Shown here: in pieces, positions 55,302 to 64,000 of the stretch
Position numbering within the stretch: position 1 is the first letter of the stretch
How the letters are laid out: each line of letters starts with the position of its first letter
NCBI RefSeq assembly: GCF_006345805.1
Contig: NC_043000.1
Location: forward strand, 52,700,001 to 52,764,000
Direction of reading: 5' to 3'
From: Octopus sinensis
Taxonomy: Eukaryota
Length of the DNA stretch: 64,000 nt
Notes under the pieces: model-generated
What the model was told of the DNA's origin: nothing
Database searches by the model: none
What the model saw: only the letters and a program-made list of their open reading frames with translations
Made by a program: the position numbers and the translations under genes

Positions 55302-55531
55302 ACACACACACACACACATATATATATAAATATATATATGTATGTTTAAGTAATAAGAGTAATAAATTGATATTAATTTCGTTAATATTTAAACCAGTAG
55401 CCTAGTATAGTGAAAAATCTGAAGATTTTGAAAAATTATATTACATTCATGTAAGAATGATGACCATTAAGTGGACATCCAATAAGCTAAATGTAGACAC
55501 GATATTTGGTCTACATTTAGCATATTGTACA
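54751..55531. repeat. ~780-bp near-perfect palindrome centred on a (TA)n tract
   Basis: 54751-55112 is the reverse complement of 55143-55531 with only a few differences (GATT/GATC, microsatellite lengths, one short patch near 54820). Confidence 0.92.
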
Positions 55532-57074
55532 TATATATATATATATGTTAGACATGGCCTGGACCAATCTTGTTCTGCTTATTCAATTTGATCATCCCCA
55601 TGTATAACAATATCTGTTGCAACATACGGTTTCACATCAAACCCTTACAAAACAAATACATAAACTATTTATTATATCTTCTCTCTTTTATTTTTCAACA
55701 TTACTTCAACTTATCTAAGGAAAAATATCTACATAGGTAGATTCTGTGCAGAACAAAATTATCACACCATATGCCATTGCATGTTTGTTAGAATGCCCCT
55801 AACAAAAAAATATATTTTGCAGGATCACGAAGACTCACACTGTCACATAAATTACAATCACACTGACATATGAATGCATGCTTGTATGTATCTGTGCGCG
55901 TATGGTTGAAGATTTGAATATGTGAATTCATGTTTCTCTGTGAGCCGGTGCCTGGGTAATTTCACAGAGAAAGCTCTATCGTTTTTCATGAATATAATTA
56001 TCACTGTTATATATCCAAGGAGTACACTCACAAATAATGAACTTAATACTATCTATGCACACGTACATGCATACTGCCTCTTGTGTATGCATACGTACAT
56101 GCATACACGCACTAACAAACACACACACGCATGTATACACACACACACACACACATCTGCGCACTATAATACAAGCTATATGCTCTAATAACACCATTTC
56201 GAAAGTTGGGATTTGACGGAAAATAATTCCAAGCCTTCTTGTAAGTCGAAACAACCGACAAATTACTGCTTGTTAGAATTTTGATTTGAGATTCGCTGGT
56301 TAGGAATGGATATTTATTTCTCTGAAATGTAAGGTAATGTTAACGTTATTTTCTATTTTTATTGAGCATTTCGATTATATACATACTGCTTGAAGTTTTC
56401 TCTCTTGGATTAGGAATGTTAATTAACGTACCCTATATTCTTCACAGACTGAACAAATGATATAGCAAAATATGATGAACAAGATCGAACTTATTGTGTG
56501 TCTAGAAGTAGGATACAGTCAAAGAAATACCAGACGCTCTTGAAGCAATGCAATGAATTATGAAGTTTCTTGGTGTTAATCATATAAACTAAATAGAATA
56601 TTATACTCTAAATGTCTAAATTATGTGCTTCGCTAATTAGACAACGGTATTTGTAATTAGTCACAGATATGTTGTTGTTGTCTAACTTCATATTAAGCCT
56701 GACTCTATACAGTATGTGGTGCAATGCGGTCATCAAATTTTCCTTGCATATATAATTGTTTTGCTAAAGATGGGAGCGTGTAGTTGCATAGTGTCTCTTT
56801 AAAAGCATACACACACACACATATGAATGTGTTGGTATATATATATATATATATATATATACATACAAAATAAGAAAATGGAGAAATACATCTTAATCAA
56901 TAATCAACTACTAGATAATACGCAATCACATAATTTATTAACCCACTACATATGAACATTAAGGTCAAACATAATAATATAGAACAAAACAATGTACATC
57001 AATGAGTAATAAGATACAATAATTACAGCATGGATAAGTGAATATAAATAAATACAAATATAAATATAAACTAC

Positions 57075-57201
57075 ATCTTACAGCTGTTTCAGCCATGCAG
57101 ATAAGGGTGCCTCATTATGCTCATATTAGCCATGTGTGATAGGTTAATATGTAGTTATAAATGAGACACTTACAAAAATATCCCAAGGCCTCTTCAGAGA
57201 T
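57075..57201 (-). ncRNA. Type I hammerhead ribozyme with ~90-nt stem II insertion (left arm)
   Basis: Minus strand: ATCT-CTGAAGA-GGCC...GGCT-GAAAC-AGCT-GTA-AGAT. Core intact, stem I ATCT/AGAT, stem II GGCC/GGCT, palindromic stem III ACAGCTGT, GUA triplet. Confidence 0.7.
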
Positions 57202-57400
57202 TATGAAGAACAAACTAAATTAAATAGGAAAATCAGAGGAGGTACACCCATACAAGAGTGGGTACATACCCATAATATATAATATACACATACATATGAG
57301 TGCATATACCCATACTCCTATACATATATATATATATATATACATAATAATAATATACAACAATATACATACATATGTTCTATTTAGTTTGTTCTTCATA

Positions 57401-57527
57401 ATCTCTGAAGAGGCCTTGGGATATTTTTGTAAGTGTCTCATTTATAACTACATATGAACCTACCACGCATGGCTAATATGAGCATAATGAGGCACCCATA
57501 TCTGCATGGCTGAAACAGCTGTAAAAT
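57401..57527 (+). ncRNA. Type I hammerhead ribozyme (right arm), one stem I mismatch
   Basis: ATCT-CTGAAGA(57405)-GGCC...GGCT-GAAAC(57512)-AGCT-GTA(57523)-AAAT. Confidence 0.62.
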
Positions 57528-57910
57528 GTAGTTTATATTTATATTTGTATTTATTTATATTCACTTATACATACTGTACTTATGGTATCTTATTACTCAT
57601 TGATGTACCTTGTTTTCTTCTATATTATTATGTTTGACATTAATGTTCATATGTAGTGGTTTAATAAATTATATTATTGGGTATTATCTGGTAGTTGATT
57701 ATTGATTAAGATGCATTTCTCCATTTTCTTATTTTGTATTATTAATTTGTGGTAAAACATTTTACCTTTGCCCATATAATACAGTGAATGAACTAATTGC
57801 ATCGCAATTCTTAACATTTATGTATTAACTTTGTTGGGTGCTTTACTAGCAGTATATTGGATACATGTTATCCCATAGTGGGTTGCACTCACAGCCCCTA
57901 TCTCAATTTG

Positions 57911-57952
<42 letters not shown>

Positions 57953-58090
57953 TACATTATATCAATATATGTCTATATGTGAGTACGGGTGCGTCAGGCC
58001 TTTGAGGTTATTCGTATGAATTTAGGAAAGGATGCATAGGTCAGCAACAAAAAGCTGCGTTTGAAAACAAATTTGTACAAATAATCTTAA

Positions 58091-58297
58091 TCTTTTACTC
58101 TTTTACTTAATTCAGTCATTTGACTGCGGCCATGCTGGAGCACCGCCTTTAGAAGAGCAAATCGACCCCTGGACTTATTCGTTGTAAGCCTAGTACTTAT
58201 TCTATCGGTCTCTTTTGCCGAACCGCTAAGTTACGGGTATATAAACACACCAACATCCAATGTCAAGCGATGTTGGGAGACAAATACCGACACACAA

Positions 58298-58338
<41 letters not shown>

Positions 58339-58340
58339 AC
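58091..58340 (-). mobile_element. 3' half of a tRNA-derived SINE (5' half at 59225-59362)
   Basis: CAGTCATTTGACTGCGGCCATGCTGGAGCACCGCC...GTCAAGCGATGTTGGG, then (CA)n. Confidence 0.88.
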
Positions 58341-58460
58341 ACACACACACACATATATATATATATTGGTAAAAACGGTAAGACAACAAATGAAAGAAAG
58401 AGATCTCAATATTATGTAAATAGAAGAAATTTATCTATAAAATAATATGTTACAATTATA

Positions 58461-58608
58461 CAATAGCCAAGATAAAACTCTGAGTTTTGGATGCCGAAGT
58501 GGAAATCCACAACACCATCTCTTCGGTTATGTGGCCATCTAACCGAAAAGATGTTGCTGTGGATTTCCACTTCGGCATCCGAAAATCAGAGTTTTATCTT
58601 GGCTATTG
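58461..58608. repeat. ~150-bp near-perfect hairpin
   Basis: CAATAGCCAAGATAAAACTCTGA...TTCGGTTA pairs with TAACCGAA...TCAGAGTTTTATCTTGGCTATTG. Confidence 0.9.
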
Positions 58609-58692
58609 AATAATGATGACATATTAATTTACACACACACATATATATATATATGTATGTATGTATATATATATATATAATATATATATATA

Positions 58693-59123
<431 letters not shown>

Positions 59124-59126
59124 TAT

Positions 59127-59206
<80 letters not shown>

Positions 59207-59224
59207 ATATATATATACATATAT

Positions 59225-59362
59225 ACGAGTGCTTCTTTCAGTTTCCGTCTACCAAATCCACTCACAAGGTCTTAGTCGGCTCGATGCTACAGTAGAAGAC
59301 ACATGACGAAGGTGCCACGCTGTAGGACTGAACCCAGAACCGTGAGGTTGGTAAGCAAGCTA
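59225..59362 (-). mobile_element. 5' half of the SINE begun at 58091
   Basis: CTTCTTTCAGTTTCCGTCTACCAAATCCACTCACAAGG...GGACTGAACCCAGAACC...GTAAGCAAGCTACTT; same orientation and co-linear with 58091-58340. Confidence 0.85.
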
Positions 59363-59969
59363 CTTTATTTCATTCATTTTATTTGCCATAAAGGCAGTAT
59401 ACAGAGTAGCTGCGGGCTGGACAAACACAATGAATGAAAATGAAATAAAATGAATAAATGAGAGACGAAACCGAACAGCCGCCGATTGGATTTTTCTTGA
59501 AAACATTCTTGCTTCATTTAAAAAATCAATATGAGGTTTGAAACCTCTTACAAGAAGGAGGCACTAAAACCTCTTACTGAACATGTTTTTTAAACACATT
59601 TGAGGTTATAAACCGCTGCAAATAATACAATAAGATGATGTTTCAAACACTCTAACGAGGCTTTTTCATCTCCTACTCATCGATATATCCATCAATATAT
59701 CCGTCATTATCTCCAATGCCACTTGAGTCCCTATATCCTGCCATTTTCCATGCCTCACTCATGTAGGACATGTAAGTCATTGCAGTGTAAGGGCCACCCG
59801 GCCATATGTAACAACCCTCCCTAAATCATTTAAGCCTTTTCCACAAGGGAAACCTTATGACCTCCACAGCTATCTGCGGAGGCCATTCGGGATCCCGTGT
59901 GAAGGCCATATCTACTGCCTCTTTATGTTCTACTATTTTTCCACCTCCCCGTCCTTGTAGAAAAATATA

Positions 59970-60830
59970 ATTAATTCATCATCTTTAAGTGTGGTGCTCG
60001 TTTCTTCCACCGTGGGTGGCACACCATCGGGATATGCAGATGGTACATCATCTTCCACCTACAATGACCCGTTCTTCTACTTTCTTTTTTTTCTTTTCTT
60101 CCTGACTTCGGGAGGATGGAGCTTTTCCGCTTTGTCCGGAGTCTCACCCCCACGTCCCGAAGCCTTAGCGTCCTTCGGCGGGCAACCATTGTCGCCCGCC
60201 TTCTTCCTTTTAAATCCCCTTTGGTTTGAGGAGGCTTAAGCCTCCTCAAACACATCCACCTCTCCCTTTGACCGGGTAGGGGAGGTAGCATCCAGTGACT
60301 CTTGCAGGAACTTACCATGGTCCTGGGGGCAGTTCTTTTTAATGTGGCCTGGCTGCATGCACGAGTGTCACTTGGGGGGACGTCTCTCAACTATCACCAG
60401 AAAAACCAGATCTCTTGCGGCCAATGGGGTCCACAGGATCAAAATGGTAACAAAAACAGGACAGTAAAGACAGTACAAAATATAAACAGTAAAATACAGG
60501 ACAAGGAGAATAACAGTAACACGGACAAGGAGGGCTTGTCTTTACTGTCCTGTTTTTGTTACCATTTTTACTCATCCACAAAAAAATCTCAAATTTTATT
60601 TAATTTGCTTTTTGCGGGAAGGAATGTTTCAATGAAGTCGTGTCTCGCCTTTACCTTCAAAATGCGGAGTAGATGAAACAGAGACGACTGAAGAAGGGGA
60701 ATGTTCCTTGTGTTCTATGTCCTGTAATCTATTTTTTCGTTGTTTAAGAAAAATGTCCCTTTCCTTGGTTTTGTGTTTATGTTTTCGTTTCTCATTGTGT
60801 TCGACGTTTTTGTGGTGTCCTGTACCCATA
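59970..60830 (-). mobile_element. Rearranged 5' fragment of an L1/Tx1-like LINE (ORF1 zinc knuckle relic + putative 5' UTR)
   Basis: Minus strand 60329-60390 reads IVERRPPK*HSCMQPGHIKKNCP, a CX2CX4HX4C knuckle whose first Cys is now TGA. 60530-60830 is homologous to 62160-62455. The clade and UTR calls are tentative. Confidence 0.5.
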
Positions 60831-60965
60831 TATGCATGTATATATACATGTAGATATAGGTACGTTCATATATGCATGTATATATATATGTAGATGTAGG
60901 TACGTACGTATATGTATGTATATATGCATATGTTTTATTTATTAATTTGTTAAATACGTATATAT

Positions 60966-61014
<49 letters not shown>

Positions 61015-61018
<4 letters not shown>

Positions 61019-61670
61019 GGAGCAGATCTAATACAGCTATAGGTCGGGATTGGTCAGAATATTGATGACGTCCCGTTCTGCTTGACTAAGCCACCTAACG
61101 AAACGATTGGTCAAAACAGGACACAGACAAGGGACAGATCTAATACAGCTATAGGTCGGGATTGGTCGGAATATTGATGACGTCCCGTTCTACTTGACTA
61201 AGCCACCTAAAGAAACGATTGGTCAAAACGTTAATGACGTCACGTTACGCTGGACTGGCCACCTAACAGGTGATATAAAACCCAAACAATTCACAAGGTT
61301 CACCAGAACGATCCAGTGAACACCGACCAAAAGTCATCACAGTTCCTCAAGGTAAAATCTAAATTTTTTATATTGACTGCATATCACCATTTTGATCTAT
61401 TTTTTATATTGAATGCATATCACCACTATGAACCTCTACATCATACTCTCTAAACATATAGCATGAACGAACTCACTTCGCGATATATGAACTTTTGATG
61501 TCTGACTCTATTGTATATTATAAATGATTTTTTTATATTTGATAGCATTAACTATCTTTTCTATATATAACTTTTTTGATAAGGTTCTCAAGAACCGAAA
61601 CATGTTATAATGTATATAAAAATTAAAAATTTGTGTACTATAGCAGCATTTTCGAACTTCTTTTTTACAA
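61015..61670 (+). mobile_element. Solo pseudo-LTR of the Penelope family at 39816-43230
   Basis: Co-linear homology to ~42540-43220, including the CCAAT-CRE modules, TATAAAA (61274) and the hammerhead motif; lies between TA tracts. Confidence 0.88.
61576..61606 (+). ncRNA. Minimal type I hammerhead ribozyme-like motif (U3-A8 core variant)
   Basis: TTGATAA-GGTTC-TCAA-GAACC-GAAA-CATGTT; perfect 5-bp stem II. Confidence 0.55.
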
Positions 61671-61696
61671 ATATATATATATATAATATATATATA

Positions 61697-61728
<32 letters not shown>

Positions 61729-62099
61729 GCATACATATGCGTGTCTCTCTGTGTGTGTGTATATTTGTACAGAAAGAGGAAGAGGGAATAAGAGGTCCAA
61801 TTAGAAAATGAGGTTGATTTAGGTATAAATGCTGTGATATCGACACTATACTCCAACGGCAGTTCCTTCTTATTACGTATATATTGAATACTGATTTCAA
61901 AGTGCTCTCTCGTTGTCAGAACCCAGAACCACACCATTGAAAGAAAACCACAATACAATAGAAAACATACAGGATTGTAGCCACATATATATTTATATAT
62001 AAATATATGCATATGTACATAAAGAATTACATATATCGTATCAATCGCTCAATGTATGTATGTATGCATGCAGGAAGACGTGTTCTTGTCTGTCTGCTG

Positions 62100-62455
62100 T
62101 GCAAGCTTGATTTACGCGTTTACGGGTTCACCGCCACAATCTCTTTGGGGCATAGGAGCCCTTCTTATTTGTTTTCACTGTCCTGTTTTGGTTACCAATT
62201 TTCACCCTTCGCAAAAAATCCCAAATTGTATTTAATTTGCTTTGCGGGAGCAACTGTTTTATCGAAAGCGTATATTGTTGTTAAATCCTGGAAATACGAA
62301 ACTAGAAAACTGCCAAAAACTGATGTCGTGTCGTACTTTATGTTGTTTATATTGGTTTCCATTTGTGTGTTTCGTTGTTCGAAAGAATAGTTCATATTCC
62401 ATGTACTCGTACTTCGTACTTTTTGCTGTACACGTTTCGTGACGTCCTGTGCTAA
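62100..62455 (-). repeat. Dispersed repeat related to 60530-60830 and 54440-54545 (possible LINE 5' end)
   Basis: Shares ACTGTCCTGTTTT.GTTACCA...AAATT.TATTTAATTTGCTTT..GCGGGA with 60544-60620; abuts a TA tract. Confidence 0.6.
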
Positions 62456-62507
62456 CATATACATAGATATACGTATAGATGTAAGTATGTACATATACGT
62501 ATGAACT

Positions 62508-62582
<75 letters not shown>

Positions 62583-62588
62583 CATATT

Positions 62589-62622
<34 letters not shown>

Positions 62623-64000
62623 CATACATATTGTATTCATATATCAGTATTAATACGATATTTATATATATGTACGCACATATATGAATATACGCTTACT
62701 GATGCTACTATCCGTATTTCACTCAATATTGAGATCAGTTCAGATTGCTGCAGCAACTTTATCGGTTGTTTCACAAGCAATGCACAAGTGAGGCTTATAA
62801 TGTGTTAGGACTAACACAATGAAAAATTTTGCCTATTATTTTCTTTTTTTCCATTAAATCTACAATTATCTAATAAATCATTACGGTTTTTAGAGCATGA
62901 TCTCATTTCATTATATTAATTTAATTTCTTATTTGTAAATTTCAAGTTTTTCAGAATTAGTATATGCAGAACCATTAGATCATATAATATAATGATTCAG
63001 CAATTGATTACTGGATAACAAATACTAATTCTACTCTTTGATAGAAAGGATGTATGGTTGTTCGGAGAATCCACTCCATTATAAACATCTCACATATTTT
63101 TCCGTCCATTACAACATAAATATTGGTATCTGGTTTTATTCAGATCCTGCATCAGATGTTATAATGCCTTTATAGCTAAAGAGTGCAACAACAAATAAAA
63201 AAACAGTATTAAATAATTTTCTTTTTTTTTTTTTGGATGGCAAAGTTTTCTCACTGTGATTTGGACTACAAATGTACTATCACGTAGAATATACATTTCC
63301 CTCAATGCGACTTTAATTAGTTCGACAATAATCAGTTATTTAGTATTGTACAACTTGTACCATGTTTGATATTGATAACTTTAATACATTTTGGCAAACT
63401 ATTTAGTTTCGATACTTTTCGACAGAGATCGAAATAATCGGCTAAAATTGAGAGGTGGGTATCCTCAAGTTGCCTCTAATGCTCATAAAGAATCTTCAGG
63501 ATTCGTGTAATGTTTTTTTTTCCAGGGGATGCTGTTGTGCGTAAATATTTTCTAGTGTATGGAGATAGATCATTTGTTTTGATCCGTGTAGATGATGTTC
63601 TATATCTGAAATTTTAGAGTGCACCACATTGGACGATGTATGCAGATTGTTGATGTTTATAGAGTATGGGTCACTTCTTTTGCAGCATGGTTTTAATTAT
63701 CACGCTAACTTCTTCCGGTCATTTGTAGACAAAGGGTGTGGGTTTCAAATGTTATGTAGCACAGAACTTTCGGAGCACCGACTATTTATCTCACATTCTT
63801 CCAGAATCAGAAAAAGCTTAATTGTCTGATTTATGGATTTTTCTTGGATATAAGTGCGCATTTTGAATTTATGTAAGACCAGATGTGAATTGACAACAGA
63901 TGAACCCATAATAGTTTGATAGATATTGCGCTAGAAGGTCAAAAAGACACTAAAGCTGTTTTCTGTGACTACGTACTGGTTATAAATGCAATTAATGAAT

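Larger units (their letters stand above)
56863..57739. mobile_element. Fold-back element: ~358-bp inverted arms and ~160-bp spacer, one hammerhead motif per arm
   Basis: 56863-57220 is an inverted copy of 57382-57739, roughly 90% alike by eye. Confidence 0.88.

Noticed and set aside
55415-55445. CTGAAGATTTTGAAAA in the large palindrome arm
   Set aside because: No stem II or III; likely a chance match.

Overview
AT-rich, microsatellite-saturated animal genomic DNA. It is most likely an octopus or other coleoid cephalopod; this is an inference from composition and from recognisable abundant tRNA-derived SINE families. No host protein-coding exon could be supported, so the window looks intergenic or intronic. 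Retroelements: a near-full-length but frameshifted Penelope-like element (RT + GIY-YIG, 39816-43230) and a solo copy of its terminal repeat (61015-61670); an R4/Dong-like RLE LINE embedded in (TAA)n, with two ~500-bp truncated copies stacked on its tail (33761-38090); fragments of CR1/L2-, HERO-like and L1/Tx1-like LINEs; and many SINEs. DNA transposons: a Tc1 with IR/DR ends, a mariner, three maT-like relics and a MITE. The most unusual signal is a cluster of fold-back (inverted-repeat) structures, several of which carry type I hammerhead ribozyme motifs in both arms, i.e. one per strand. The best case is 56863-57739, where both arms keep CTGAAGA...GAAAC-AGCT-GTA. The Penelope terminal repeats also carry a hammerhead-like motif with a compensatory U3-A8 core, downstream of an array of CCAAT-CRE modules at an invariant 18-nt offset. 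All alignments and folds were done by eye, so coordinates are approximate to a few bases.
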